From a virus: a DNA stretch of 64,000 nucleotides. The position numbers and the translations under genes are program-made. Below the pieces are notes generated by a model. It was not told where the DNA came from. It saw only the letters and a program-made list of their open reading frames with translations, and did not search any database. Of this stretch, positions 48,407 to 59,013 are shown in pieces (positions within the stretch are counted from its first letter, which is position 1; each line of letters opens with the position of its first letter). The stretch is taken from IMG/VR virus record IMGVR_UViG_3300031466_000110. One strand, written 5' to 3'.

Positions 48407-49147
48407 TTAAGACTGCACAAGGCGAACCAGCAACTGCGTAATCTGCTCCGCCCATGTCTCATCGGATGCATAATATTCATTTACATCCTTTAGGGTAGTA
48501 CCCTTGTAATACCTACCATCCGGGGAGAGATAGTCCTCCGCCAACTTCTCCGCTACATAGAGGATACAATCCTCCTTGGAGTCAAACCGTTTAGCGGCTC
48601 CAACATTACTGTCATATGCCTGATACCCAAACAAGTTGTTACGCTCCCGAGCGAGTTGGCTGGTACCCCATCCCGACTCATGGGCAGAAATGCCTAGTAG
48701 TACAAAGGCACTAACTCCATGTAGTTCCTCGGCTTTGGCATACGCTTCACCTAAACCCTCTAAATTCGTTCCCGCAAGGAACTTTTCGAGTTGATACCCC
48801 TTCAACTTGGAGGGAGTAGTGATATCGTAGCCTTTGAAACGATGCGACTTTGCCGCCTTGATGAACTCATCAAAGATCCGTTGCTCCTCACGAAGCTGTT
48901 GCTCCCGACGTTCCTTCTCTAAACGTCGGGCTTCTGCGAGTGCATCGATTTCACCTTTGATATCGTTATTCAAGACGACAGCCTTATCAAGGAGAACTTC
49001 TCCCTCCTCAGCTTGCACCGGAGGTGGAACGGGAGCAGGGGCGTCCTCCGTGCCCTCAGCATAAGCAACATAAGCGACAAAAACCAACGGAACAAACAAC
49101 AAAACAAAGAACCAACCGACAGTGCCGTGGAAACTTCCTTTCTGCAC
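48407..49147 (-). CDS. Membrane-anchored glucosaminidase (GH73-like peptidoglycan hydrolase)
   Basis: TM, coiled coil, HESGWGTS, NNLFG, YASD. Confidence 0.9.
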   Translation of the reverse strand: MQKGSFHGTVGWFFVLLFVPLVFVAYVAYAEGTEDAPAPVPPPVQAEEGEVLLDKAVVLNNDIKGEIDALAEARRLEKERREQQLREEQRIFDEFIKAAKSHRFKGYDITTPSKLKGYQLEKFLAGTNLEGLGEAYAKAEELHGVSAFVLLGISAHESGWGTSQLARERNNLFGYQAYDSNVGAAKRFDSKEDCILYVAEKLAEDYLSPDGRYYKGTTLKDVNEYYASDETWAEQITQLLVRLVQS

Positions 49148-49283
49148 AAACTCACCTCAAATACAGTGTAATTTGTGCCGAAGGAACTACTGGACAATCT
49201 ATGTCAAGTCGTAAAAACGACGTCGCATATTATAGGAAAAAGTCTGGAATCCTTTCGACAGGAGAAAAAAGCTCCTCACACTC

Positions 49284-49982
49284 TCACACAGGTTGCGAAA
49301 GAACCCCCGATTCAGACCCAGACACATTCGTAGATCTGTCATCCGAAACGCGTTCCGACATCTCGGAACCTAAACGAATTACCCCATCCACTTTGGCTCC
49401 AAGCTTCATTTCCAGATTTCCTGCACTAATTTGCCCCTTGACCACCGCTGTCGGAAGCAAACGCAGAAGCGAAGTAGCAGTGATGTTACCGTAAACCGTA
49501 CCCCCTACCGTGACTTCGTCGCCCGTGACGTCTCCTTCGACCGTACCGAGCAGTTCCAACACATCCCCGGAAACCGTACCATAGACCGTCGACCCTTTCC
49601 CAAGATAGACAGAAGACTTGACCCCATTTCCGCTACCTTCGAACGGGAAGAAGTCGTCGCCTGTGTTAAGCTGAATCGACCCGACTTCCGCATTTTCAAC
49701 GCTGACCTTTTCGACATAGATCAGCTTACCCTGCCGAAGCTGGACACCCTCCACCGTAATTGAACGCGCCACAATAGTGCCGTCCACCTCCGCGCCCGCA
49801 AAGACCGAGACTTCGCCGCGAGCTTTAACGGCTACCCCGTCCTTGCCTGTGCCGGAACAGACTTTACCCCAAATCGTTAGATCGCCTTGAGAAACCAGCT
49901 TGCCCAAGACTTCCGTACCCGCCGAGATCGCGCTCATATCATTCGCCGCGTTGCTCCCGACTCCGAACAACCTCTTCATCAT
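49284..49982 (-). CDS. Bactofilin (polymer-forming cytoskeletal protein)
   Basis: Repeated G.V.G.I beta-helix motifs in two bactofilin-like units. Confidence 0.85.
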   Translation of the reverse strand: MMKRLFGVGSNAANDMSAISAGTEVLGKLVSQGDLTIWGKVCSGTGKDGVAVKARGEVSVFAGAEVDGTIVARSITVEGVQLRQGKLIYVEKVSVENAEVGSIQLNTGDDFFPFEGSGNGVKSSVYLGKGSTVYGTVSGDVLELLGTVEGDVTGDEVTVGGTVYGNITATSLLRLLPTAVVKGQISAGNLEMKLGAKVDGVIRLGSEMSERVSDDRSTNVSGSESGVLSQPV

Positions 49983-50403
49983 AAAGAGCTACCTCCTTTT
50001 TATAGCGCTCAAAGTTTTGCTTGATAGCCTCCAGTTCCTCCTCGACAGCCCGTAATGAGTCGCCCAAGGAAACATTCGTCTCTTTCAAGTGATCAATTGT
50101 GACAGCTTGTTCCTGCAGTTGAAGACGATAAGATTGATTCTGTTCCCGAATAAATTCCGATTGTCTGTCCTGATAGACCAATAAACCGACAAGAATTATG
50201 ATAACAAGTAACGGAAATACCAAAAGGGAAATGAAAGTCCAAAATTTCAGACGATATGCCCTACCCGCAGGGGTAAGGAACGTAATTTTACGTTTCAGAA
50301 TGTTGCTACCTCCTTTCGTCGGTAGTGCTAGTATACCAAACATGTCCAAAGAAGAAAAGCTTGTCCAATAAAAAGTTAACCCTATTAAAAAGAAAAGAGC
50401 CAT
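49939..50403 (-). CDS. Membrane-anchored coiled-coil protein
   Basis: TM then coiled coil; true start probably near 50300 (GGAGG at ~50309). Confidence 0.6.
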   Translation of the reverse strand: MALFFLIGLTFYWTSFSSLDMFGILALPTKGGSNILKRKITFLTPAGRAYRLKFWTFISLLVFPLLVIIILVGLLVYQDRQSEFIREQNQSYRLQLQEQAVTIDHLKETNVSLGDSLRAVEEELEAIKQNFERYKKEVALYDEEVVRSREQRGE

Positions 50404-50433
50404 GTTTCAGGCTCTTTTCAGAAGGTTATTTAG

Positions 50434-51777
50434 TTAGTCAGTTCCAGTCTGGGCTTGTTCCATCTGCGATTGATTGTATGCCTTTACCAAACCCTGCATA
50501 TTGGAACCCGGCATTGGGAATTTCGGGAGAGTTTTCTCCTCCTTCGGAGTACCCCCACCCTTGGACTTGAGCTTAGCTTCCGCCTTAATAATGATGTTGG
50601 CGTACTTCATAATATTCTTGAAGGTTTGACGCTCATCGTCGCGGATTTCCTCTTTGCGAATAGTGAGCTTACCCCAAGCAAGCGCATGGATGAGTGTATG
50701 ACACGACAAGCAGATGGTGATGAGGTTTTCCTCCGAATTGTCACCACCCTGAGACACCTCGATGATATGGTGAACTTGAAGCGTCGGAAGGCGATTCGCA
50801 CCCCCAAGACCGCAACAACGGCAGGTGAAGTTGTCCCGCTGATAAATACGATCACGCAAATAGTCCGGAAGCTTGGTACGATTCCCGTCCTTGTCATAAG
50901 TGGGCGGCGGCTCGGTGGCAAATTCACCTTTTCCGAAGTTCTCAATATCATCGACCTCGGAATCCGTGACCTCCAACTTCGTAAGGTCGAGCAGTTCCTT
51001 GACCTCTTCTTCACCCAAAATAATATCTTCAGGCATGGAGTCTACATCAATAGGAGAGACTTCATTGTTGGATGGATCGAGAACGGTAGCGTCCTCCTTC
51101 TCCAAACGATTCTCCTTCTTACGGGCGTTGGTGAGCTTTTTATATGCACCTTCAATGGTGAGAAGGTTGTCCAGCAAATCGGCTTTAATGTCACCGTACT
51201 CACTATCCGCCATCATAACGTCCTTGAGCTTCATGGCTTCACCGGGACGCAACTGCAAAAGAAACTCGATCATTCCCGGCGTAGCGGCATGGACTTCCTC
51301 AAGAATTTTCATTTGCTCCCAAACTTCGCGCGGTGTAAAACCCTGCGTCCGATTGAGCATCAAACTAACAAGCATGGCTTTCTCTTTCCCTTCGTCCGGG
51401 TCAGAAAAATGCCATACCACCGACGGGATCACACGTTGATTGTTCCTCGTCGCACCGTACAGACGACGAAGCCCCGACAACAGCAAATACGAATCATCGT
51501 CTTCAAGCGCAAGAACGTGGACACGCTCAACAATACCCCACTCACCAATTACCCCCGTCAACCCTTTGAGGGTATCCTGCCGAGCTACCTTTTTGAAGTT
51601 TGGAATGAAAATAGAGCTGATGTCCAAATCCTTGTTTACAAGTTCAATTTTGGAATTGAAGACAAAGTCCGAACTGAGACTCTCGTCCGTTACCCCCGGT
51701 ATTGGGAACTGCTCAGTGATGTACGTTTCCGGGGCAGGTTGAATCTCGTCCGGGCTATACAGTTCCTGTTCAGCCAA
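50434..51777 (-). CDS. ParB-like N-terminal domain fused to an HNH endonuclease
   Basis: I.EWGIVE.V.V...YLLLSGLRRL, LN..R; C-terminal RDNFTCRCCG...LQVHHI...GG.N..NLITICLSCH. Confidence 0.8.
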   Translation of the reverse strand: MAEQELYSPDEIQPAPETYITEQFPIPGVTDESLSSDFVFNSKIELVNKDLDISSIFIPNFKKVARQDTLKGLTGVIGEWGIVERVHVLALEDDDSYLLLSGLRRLYGATRNNQRVIPSVVWHFSDPDEGKEKAMLVSLMLNRTQGFTPREVWEQMKILEEVHAATPGMIEFLLQLRPGEAMKLKDVMMADSEYGDIKADLLDNLLTIEGAYKKLTNARKKENRLEKEDATVLDPSNNEVSPIDVDSMPEDIILGEEEVKELLDLTKLEVTDSEVDDIENFGKGEFATEPPPTYDKDGNRTKLPDYLRDRIYQRDNFTCRCCGLGGANRLPTLQVHHIIEVSQGGDNSEENLITICLSCHTLIHALAWGKLTIRKEEIRDDERQTFKNIMKYANIIIKAEAKLKSKGGGTPKEEKTLPKFPMPGSNMQGLVKAYNQSQMEQAQTGTD

Positions 51778-51988
51778 AGGAACCCCTCCTTAAATACAAA
51801 TCGTTACCTAACGTAGATTACAGTCAGAGGGGTTTTACTGTAATCTCAAAATAACAACTTAAATCAGCGATGAAGTTTTTACCATCCCAGTACCAAAACA
51901 AAGATCACAGTGACGCAAACCATCGCTGGTGCGGGCATAAGGATCACCCGCCGTGAGTGAAGAAACATCCAAATAGATGTTTCTGAGC

Positions 51989-52597
51989 TTATAGGCGATT
52001 TCGCTTGGCATGATTATCCCCTCCAAAAGTTATATTGGAAATGGTGTTTTTAACATTTTCTAAATGCGACTGATTCGCACGAAACCCGCGAATTTTTGCC
52101 GCTTCCAAAAGCGCGACCATATCATCTATGGCTCCAAGCAGATAATACATCGAATTTTGCTGTGCGAAAAAGTCCAAAAGCCCGGAAACATGAAGCGGAA
52201 TGGACTTGCGACAGTGCAAATGCCGAAAGTCCGTTTGATCCGAAAAGACAATAAGGGATTCCACACGAAGAAGCTCATGATCAGACAGGATTTGCTTCAG
52301 CACTTTGATATGCGTATAGTTTTGCGCGGTAGCACTATACACCTTATAATGAAAGCCCGAGTCTGCATTAGTGTAATGCCAATAAGTTTGAGTGTCGTAC
52401 CCCTGAAGCATCCCATTATAATCCTTACACTCGATCACGAACAGACCGAAAGGAGAGAGGACTACATGATCTATTTGCGTAGTCTTACCGTTATATTCAT
52501 TGGGTAACAACAAGTCCGACATGGTTGTAAACCAAACCGGATCAAGTTGAGACAATACACGCGCAGTTCTATACTCTAACTGACGACCTTGATTCAT
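51989..52597 (-). CDS. NERD-domain nuclease
   Basis: G...E, QIDHVVLSPFGLFVIECKDYNG; start MNQG after GAGGAG. Confidence 0.88.
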   Translation of the reverse strand: MNQGRQLEYRTARVLSQLDPVWFTTMSDLLLPNEYNGKTTQIDHVVLSPFGLFVIECKDYNGMLQGYDTQTYWHYTNADSGFHYKVYSATAQNYTHIKVLKQILSDHELLRVESLIVFSDQTDFRHLHCRKSIPLHVSGLLDFFAQQNSMYYLLGAIDDMVALLEAAKIRGFRANQSHLENVKNTISNITFGGDNHAKRNRL

Positions 52598-52664
52598 AGA
52601 ACGACTCCTCAAAGACAGAAGTAAATTATTTGAATATACCCCATGTCTAAAATAAAATGCGAAA

Positions 52665-52690
52665 AAGAGCCGCCCGAATGGACGGCTCTT
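52665..52690 (-). terminator. Terminator after the CAP-domain gene
   Basis: AAGAGCCG/CGGCTCTT stem plus T-run. Confidence 0.7.
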
Positions 52691-52704
52691 GAAGGGAGTT
52701 GGGG

Positions 52705-54171
52705 TTAATCCTCGATATTGTACTCCGCGATGATGCTGGCGGTGTAATCCTCCTGATACCAAATGACTTCCCCGCCGATGGATTCAGCTACGAAGCGGAG
52801 CGGAATGAAGGTCGTGCCGTTCTTGGCGAACGGAGCGTTGGAAAGGGTCACTTTAGTCTCTTTTGCCCTCGGATTCGTAGGACTTTCAACCTGAATGACC
52901 CGCGCTTCCTTATTGTCGATTTGCAAAATCACAATCTTGTCCTTATACCTGATCGAAACTTGACGATAGACGCTCTCCCAGTTAACCTCAGCACCAAGGG
53001 CTTCAAATACCCCGCGCAAGGGGATAAAGGTCTGACCGTTTACGACATGTGCCCGAGGGTTAGTGACAATTTCCTTGCCGTTGACCAGTACGTTGACGTA
53101 ACCGGACTTGGAGTTGGTGTCGAAGAACTTAGTGCGTTTGCGAAGTTCCTCAAGGGATTTTTGCTCGGTTGGGCTGACCCAGATGTGACCCGCCTTACGA
53201 GTTTCTTCTTTAGACGGTCCGGAATAGTCCCAAGCACCCTTTCGTGTTGTAAAAGACCACTCTTTTCCGTGAGCTTTGACCGTGTAAGTCGTGTTTCCCT
53301 TCAATTTCGGCGGAAGGATATACCAATGCTCCAAACCCTCACTCAAGTTGCTAGTAAACTTCGTATCTTTCACCACAACAATATCGATTTTTTCTCCTTT
53401 TTCTGAAGTCAAAGAAACAAAAGATGGATCGAACTTTTCACTTGGATCAACATAAATAGAAATAATCGTACCGACTTCAGAATATGACTTGTACTTAGTC
53501 CCTTCCAAAGGATTTGGATTTTCCTCACTCAACATAACCGGAGGAACATTTTTCTGTCCATCATAAGGAAAAATAAACCCATTTTGACTATTCCCACTAT
53601 TCCGCTTGTCCTCATAAATACGCGATCTATGCGCCACCGCATTTATCACAACGGCTTTACCACTAACCCCTATACCCACTACAGTTGTGCTATAATCCAC
53701 AAATGGCGCACGATGATATGGCAAATAAATCAAAGACTCGACAACTCTATCTAAAGAGTTATAAGAAATAACTTCTTGAGGAAGAAAATACTGATTGTCC
53801 AACAAATATTTATTTCCACCCACAGCCTTTATACGTTCCGTATGACTCGCCCCAGTAAAACCGGGCTTTCCTTTCAATTCAGCATGCCCTGTCGTATCAT
53901 TCTTTTCAAGATAATCAGCATGATTTTGAGCGGCTTCCGTAATGACCGGATCGAGTTTCACCTCAGGCAGACCCATGTCACGACGGTAGCGGTTGATCTC
54001 GTCGAGGATGTAAACCGCCTCGTTGGAGTAGCTGTAGCCGTCGATGATTTGATGCGTTGAGTTGGAGGATTCGCCCGACGATTTGGTGTCGGCGGCGAAA
54101 GCCGAAACGGGACTGATGCCCAGCGTCAACAGAAGGATGGTGCAGAACAGACGTTTGACAACTTTACTCAT
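52705..54171 (-). CDS. Secreted CAP/SCP-domain protein with C-terminal Cu-amine-oxidase N (stalk) domain
   Basis: Signal peptide (AFA), IN.YR..MGL, AAQNHADY, PYHR; C-terminal TFIPLR.V.E.LG..V.W twice. Confidence 0.88.
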   Translation of the reverse strand: MSKVVKRLFCTILLLTLGISPVSAFAADTKSSGESSNSTHQIIDGYSYSNEAVYILDEINRYRRDMGLPEVKLDPVITEAAQNHADYLEKNDTTGHAELKGKPGFTGASHTERIKAVGGNKYLLDNQYFLPQEVISYNSLDRVVESLIYLPYHRAPFVDYSTTVVGIGVSGKAVVINAVAHRSRIYEDKRNSGNSQNGFIFPYDGQKNVPPVMLSEENPNPLEGTKYKSYSEVGTIISIYVDPSEKFDPSFVSLTSEKGEKIDIVVVKDTKFTSNLSEGLEHWYILPPKLKGNTTYTVKAHGKEWSFTTRKGAWDYSGPSKEETRKAGHIWVSPTEQKSLEELRKRTKFFDTNSKSGYVNVLVNGKEIVTNPRAHVVNGQTFIPLRGVFEALGAEVNWESVYRQVSIRYKDKIVILQIDNKEARVIQVESPTNPRAKETKVTLSNAPFAKNGTTFIPLRFVAESIGGEVIWYQEDYTASIIAEYNIED

Positions 54172-54332
54172 GATGAATCGCTCCTTAGCTTATTGATTAT
54201 ATAGTAACCGTGAAAGAAGTCCTTTCTTAATTTTTGAGAACCTAATGCCATCGTCCTCCGCAACTTTTTCAACATTCGCCATAAAGCCGCAAATTCCTTC
54301 CGCAACTATGGATTCTTTTTCCATAGGGAATT

Positions 54333-55115
54333 TTACTCTTCGTGGCCATCAATTGTAATGTACTTCGCATCAATTTCGGGTATGGTAATTTTGGCTCCCA
54401 ATACAGACTTGTAGGTTTTTAGCCCTTTAACAGTACCCCATAACGTAATAATATCATTTTCAAGAATTCGACTTTCCCCATCTGACCTACGATAATTTAC
54501 ATAAACCGTATCATCCCACAGCCCGTATTCACCTTTAGTAACGTTGACCAACAAAACAACATTGTTTCCTATTCCTAACTCAAGCGTTTGAATAACTTTA
54601 CCTGTATAAACAACTCGCTTGGTCTTGTAGTTATCTGGGTTTCTTGCCAATTCGATGTATTGAATATGTTTGGCAGAACTTTTATATTCCTCCATACTCT
54701 CCGACGCGTTCTGGGTAGTCGTAACCGGAACGGCTTTTTGGTTAATGTCAATGGTAGGTGCTATATTTGAAGGGGCGGTTACGATAAACATAATAATAAG
54801 TAAGATAAAAGATGAACCGTAAACAGCAAGAACTTTCCTCCTCGTTCTATTATAACCTCTGATAACCAGACCAGGAATTATCAAACCAAATAATAAAAGA
54901 ATCATATTTAAGCCCACCAGAATCAAGACGAAAGCAGATACTTTATGCTCATCAATAGTAGCACCTAAAAAGCCAAGAAAGCAGTAAACACCAATAATTA
55001 TGAACATTACAACTCTTAGAAACTTCGCAAACGGACTTAGACTTAATTTGTCGCCCGAATAATGCCCCTTGAAATGTTTATCTTCCATGTAACTACGAAC
55101 CTCCTGTCGATTCAT
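54333..55115 (-). CDS. Membrane protein with TcdC-like OB-fold C-terminal domain
   Basis: Three TMs; Y.ELARNPD.YK..V.YTGKVIQ...RILENDIIT.WG...G..TY.SV.G..ITIP; AT-rich. Confidence 0.7.
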   Translation of the reverse strand: MNRQEVRSYMEDKHFKGHYSGDKLSLSPFAKFLRVVMFIIIGVYCFLGFLGATIDEHKVSAFVLILVGLNMILLLFGLIIPGLVIRGYNRTRRKVLAVYGSSFILLIIMFIVTAPSNIAPTIDINQKAVPVTTTQNASESMEEYKSSAKHIQYIELARNPDNYKTKRVVYTGKVIQTLELGIGNNVVLLVNVTKGEYGLWDDTVYVNYRRSDGESRILENDIITLWGTVKGLKTYKSVLGAKITIPEIDAKYITIDGHEE

Positions 55116-55275
55116 TTGTTCTTTTTCAATTCGTTACATTTCCTTCTTGAACCATCGCTGACTTTTATTAAACATATTACTCCCCTCCAAACGAACCATG
55201 TACCTACTAAAAAGTTACATCATTAGTCACATCATTTCTCAATATATTGAATCTCGATTCTTCCAGTCGCTAATA

Positions 55276-55989
55276 TTATAACAAACGTGTCGTGAAAAAC
55301 AAAGAGACTAAATAAGTACCAAAAGCGAAAAATAGAAGACCAAGAACGAGATTCAAAGAGAACACATACTTTTGCATCACCGGACTGCGCTGAAGTCGTT
55401 TAACCCCCTTCGCGGCAAACGCCACAGTAGGATAAACCACCGCATGTCCAAGTGCGTATAAAGCTAAGTACCCCGCCCCCGCTAACCAATCCCCTTGCAA
55501 CGATACCCCCGCTAACAAGGCTACCGTTACCGGGGTCGTACAGGGTGACGAAAAGACAGCGCTTAATCCACCAACCAAAAAAGCACCGACGCGATCCTTA
55601 CGTTTGACCTTCGACTGCAGGTAAGTCGAAGGGATAATTTCCCAAATACCCCACGTCTGAACCGCCATAAGCACAAGCAGTATCCCCAAGACAAGGTAAA
55701 CGTAGGGCATGTTCCATTGAATTGTTAACATTCGACCCGTAAGCGCGATCACCACACCCAAAACGGTGCTAAAAAGCACGAAACCCATCGTCAAAAAAGC
55801 GACGATGGATAACGTAGACCGCGTGGAACGCTCCGAAGTCCCACCAAAATAGGCGAGAACGAGCGGAACCGTAGAAAGCGAACAAGGCGTGAACGCCGTA
55901 AGCACCCCCGCTACCACAGCGATAACAAAAGCGAATGGGGAAGATTGATAGAAGAACAGGGAAAGTTGCTCCAACCAAGACGTAATCAT
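55276..55989 (-). CDS. ccdA: CcdA/DsbD-type thiol-disulfide membrane protein
   Basis: G.L..FTPC and SPCTTP motifs; six TMs. Confidence 0.9.
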   Translation of the reverse strand: MITSWLEQLSLFFYQSSPFAFVIAVVAGVLTAFTPCSLSTVPLVLAYFGGTSERSTRSTLSIVAFLTMGFVLFSTVLGVVIALTGRMLTIQWNMPYVYLVLGILLVLMAVQTWGIWEIIPSTYLQSKVKRKDRVGAFLVGGLSAVFSSPCTTPVTVALLAGVSLQGDWLAGAGYLALYALGHAVVYPTVAFAAKGVKRLQRSPVMQKYVFSLNLVLGLLFFAFGTYLVSLFFTTRLL

Positions 55990-56540
55990 AACTCTAACCC
56001 CATTCGCTCAAGAAGTACCAACAAACTTTCCTTCGAAAGAGTTCCTTCATGCAGAGTCACAATCTCTTCCCCCGAACGGAAAGTCCGAAAACCAAACAAA
56101 CCGCTAACCTCCGCATTTTGCGGAATAAACGGTTCCCCGTCGCTATTATACAAGAGTTGCGACGGAATACCCCTCAGGGGGTAATAGGTAGCAAAACTGC
56201 GATACTTGTCGACGTCCACCAGCTCGATAATAACCTTATCCGCGTACTCTTCTTTGACCTCATTCAAGATCGGATTGAACGTTTTACAAGGGATACACCA
56301 AGTGGCAGTAAAATCAATGAGGATCGGCTTCCCTTGCTTGCGAAGCTCCGCAAGATCGAATGGAACCGATTCACTATCAGTTGACGGTTTGCTATTCGGA
56401 TCGAAGGCTTCATAGCTCCCCTCAGCAACCTGTTCCTCATCCTTACCCCACCACGACCCTGCAACTGCGATACCTACAGCGATCACCAAGCTAAGTGCAA
56501 CTACCCCAAGCGCCAAGAGCTTTTGGCGAGACTTTTTCAT
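55986..56540 (-). CDS. Exported thioredoxin-family protein
   Basis: N-terminal anchor, DFTATWCIPC, GIP. Confidence 0.9.
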   Translation of the reverse strand: MKKSRQKLLALGVVALSLVIAVGIAVAGSWWGKDEEQVAEGSYEAFDPNSKPSTDSESVPFDLAELRKQGKPILIDFTATWCIPCKTFNPILNEVKEEYADKVIIELVDVDKYRSFATYYPLRGIPSQLLYNSDGEPFIPQNAEVSGLFGFRTFRSGEEIVTLHEGTLSKESLLVLLERMGLEL

Positions 56541-56622
56541 GAACTACCCCTCCAGCTAGATAAAATATACCTTATGTGAGCTGTGTCACAAGACCCATCA
56601 TAAAGTATATTAGGGGTAAGTC

Positions 56623-56886
56623 CTACAATTTCAGTGTTTGTGCGATCACCGTACTCGCTTGCACCGCATGCGCATTCCGTGCGTCGAAATTACCTACCCT
56701 TCCTGCTCGCGCCCAACCCTGAACACAACCGAGAAACAGGTAGAACAGATCATTCTGCAACTCACGATGATCCCCCAGAGCGGCATTGACAAACTGCCGT
56801 TTCTCCGCTTCTGTCGCCCCGTTCAACCAATCCGAGAACTGATAATACATATCAAACCCATTAACCCGCTTTGCCACGACGACCAC
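56623..56886 (-). CDS. Small hypothetical protein
   Basis: 87-aa ORF with AGGAGG nearby. Confidence 0.55.
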   Translation of the reverse strand: MVVVAKRVNGFDMYYQFSDWLNGATEAEKRQFVNAALGDHRELQNDLFYLFLGCVQGWARAGRVGNFDARNAHAVQASTVIAQTLKL

Positions 56887-57307
56887 CTCCTACTGTAATG
56901 CGGAAATTCTCCTGCGTCCAAATCTTTTCAAGCTTTTTCTCCGGGAAACCCATAAGCTTGAGGATATCATAAGCCGTGCGGGAACCTTCCCCAAAGTACC
57001 CCGACCCTACTCCCGTGTAGACGATCTCCAAGTTGCCGACCGTGACTACCGAGAGTCGGTAATCTCCATTCCGATACGTCATAGTAGCTTGCTTTCCTTG
57101 GAACAGATGTCCAAGGATATTTCGCAAATGCAAGGCAAAATGCAACGAAGCCCGAGACGAACCCCAATGCCGCATGTAGGCGTAATCCGGGAGACGATGT
57201 ACTCCACGCTCCAAATCCCGCTTCAAAGTCAGGTAAGCGAAACCACGTCGATCCGGCACAGTCCCTTGTGCGTAGAAAAAACCCAATGGTGGATGCGCGA
57301 CCGCCAT
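56861..57307 (-). CDS. Hypothetical protein
   Basis: 148 aa; GYFGEGSR motif. Confidence 0.65.
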   Translation of the reverse strand: MAVAHPPLGFFYAQGTVPDRRGFAYLTLKRDLERGVHRLPDYAYMRHWGSSRASLHFALHLRNILGHLFQGKQATMTYRNGDYRLSVVTVGNLEIVYTGVGSGYFGEGSRTAYDILKLMGFPEKKLEKIWTQENFRITVGGGRRGKAG

Positions 57308-57517
57308 CCCAATCTCTCCTTTTCAACAAATTTGCTTCAATATAAGATTAGCTCCGAAAACACAAAGAGAAAGTACATCGTAAGAAACGACGTACTTTCT
57401 CTCTGTTCGGTCTATGGTAACTCCAATAAGGGTAGGAAGGGTACTTCCTTAACCCCTAGTTTAACACAAAAAGATAGGAAAATCAAGCATTTTGTTAAGC
57501 AGGAAAGACTGGTATTC

Positions 57518-58531
57518 CTAGTAGTTTATTGGGTTCTTCAGATACTCCAAATGCGGCTTAAACCCGGCAAGCGCCGCTTCCTCCGTAGAGTTATAGAAGA
57601 AACGCGCACTATCCACAATATGCTGAGGAAGTTGCCCCTCAAAAGCATAGTAGTCTACCCCATTCTCCTGAAAACCAATTACGCGAACCTTCTTAGTAAG
57701 CGTAAAACCACCAACACTGCGAATATTGAGCTTTTGGCTTCCCGCAAAGTCAACGTCAGAAAGAGCATAAATCAAGGAGGGCTTAAAGACCGGGTTTACC
57801 CCCGAGCTGGTTACTTCGGAAGGAAGGTAAATGAAGTCCTTTAAGGTGTAACGGTTCAAGTCCTTATTACGAAATTGAGCTACCGCATTGGCATCTCGTG
57901 TAATCCGTTCATTGACCGCCTTATTGATAGCGTCACGAGTAGCAACAATCCCATGATCAATACGCAAGGCGTTAAAAGATTCACCGCGATAAACCGTAGC
58001 TTGCGAAGGATTAGAAGGATTCTGACGCACCAAAACCCAAGATTCATTACTTAAGTTATACGCAACGGTGTCGTAATTCCCATACTTGATCGTGAAAGGT
58101 CGCTTTAACCCCCACTTCAACCGCTTATAAGTAACATCCCCCTGCGCTGTATGCTCGACGTGATCCTCCAAAGTGGCGATATAATACCCATCCGCCGCCA
58201 CTAACACCGCTGTGGTGATGTAGTTATCTAGCGCAGTAAAAGTTTGTTCACTAAGCGCCATATCATAAGAAAGAGCGATGACTGAACGGAAGACATCCAA
58301 GGCGTTCGTCGGGTCAATTTTAACGTTCTGCAAATCGAGATAACTAATCCCCAAGTTACCCCCTTCAAGGGTGGAAAGAAAGGACGCTTCGGTTGCGTAG
58401 TCCACAACTTTCTTGAAATGCAGTTCATTAAACTGACGCTCATTTGTGCGAATTTCATGAAAGAAAGTCCCGCACATAAAAAGGAACATTAGAAAACCCA
58501 TAAAAGAAGCGATGACTGTCCAGTTTTTCAA
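57518..58531 (-). CDS. Membrane-anchored protein of the Tad-like pilus cluster
   Basis: N-terminal TM; last gene of the pilin-like series. Confidence 0.65.
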   Translation of the reverse strand: MKNWTVIASFMGFLMFLFMCGTFFHEIRTNERQFNELHFKKVVDYATEASFLSTLEGGNLGISYLDLQNVKIDPTNALDVFRSVIALSYDMALSEQTFTALDNYITTAVLVAADGYYIATLEDHVEHTAQGDVTYKRLKWGLKRPFTIKYGNYDTVAYNLSNESWVLVRQNPSNPSQATVYRGESFNALRIDHGIVATRDAINKAVNERITRDANAVAQFRNKDLNRYTLKDFIYLPSEVTSSGVNPVFKPSLIYALSDVDFAGSQKLNIRSVGGFTLTKKVRVIGFQENGVDYYAFEGQLPQHIVDSARFFYNSTEEAALAGFKPHLEYLKNPINY

Positions 58532-58546
58532 GCTATGTCACCACCT

Positions 58547-58996
58547 TTAACGAACAGCCGCAACCAAGCTGAACTCAAATTTCCCCTCATCAATTCGCAA
58601 AACATGCCAGAGCAAACGCTTCGCCGGGGATACCCCTATCTCTGTCACCGTAACCTTGACAAGGTCGCCCATATTCATACGAGTATTCTCGTAATTTTCA
58701 TCGAGATAAATCGTCCGAATACGACCGTCTTCAGTCAAAGTAGAAATACGGATCAAGCGAGAAACCTTTACATCGTAGATACCCCCAGTAGCCGCGATAC
58801 CGAGATAAAGGTCATTCAAGTCCTGATCCGTAATGGTGCCTTTGTCCGTTACCTTATCAAGAAAAAGCTCGACCTCATTGAGCGCGATTCGCTCAGCTTT
58901 CATCTCCGCCCGAACATATGAAAAGAGAACTGGCGGTACAACCAACATGACGAAAATAAGAATTACCATAACAACGCGATTCACATAGTCAAACAA
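58547..58996 (-). CDS. Pilin/pseudopilin-like protein
   Basis: Short N-terminus + TM + small globular domain. Confidence 0.6.
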   Translation of the reverse strand: MFDYVNRVVMVILIFVMLVVPPVLFSYVRAEMKAERIALNEVELFLDKVTDKGTITDQDLNDLYLGIAATGGIYDVKVSRLIRISTLTEDGRIRTIYLDENYENTRMNMGDLVKVTVTEIGVSPAKRLLWHVLRIDEGKFEFSLVAAVR

Positions 58997-59013
58997 GGGA
59001 ACACCCCCTCCTA

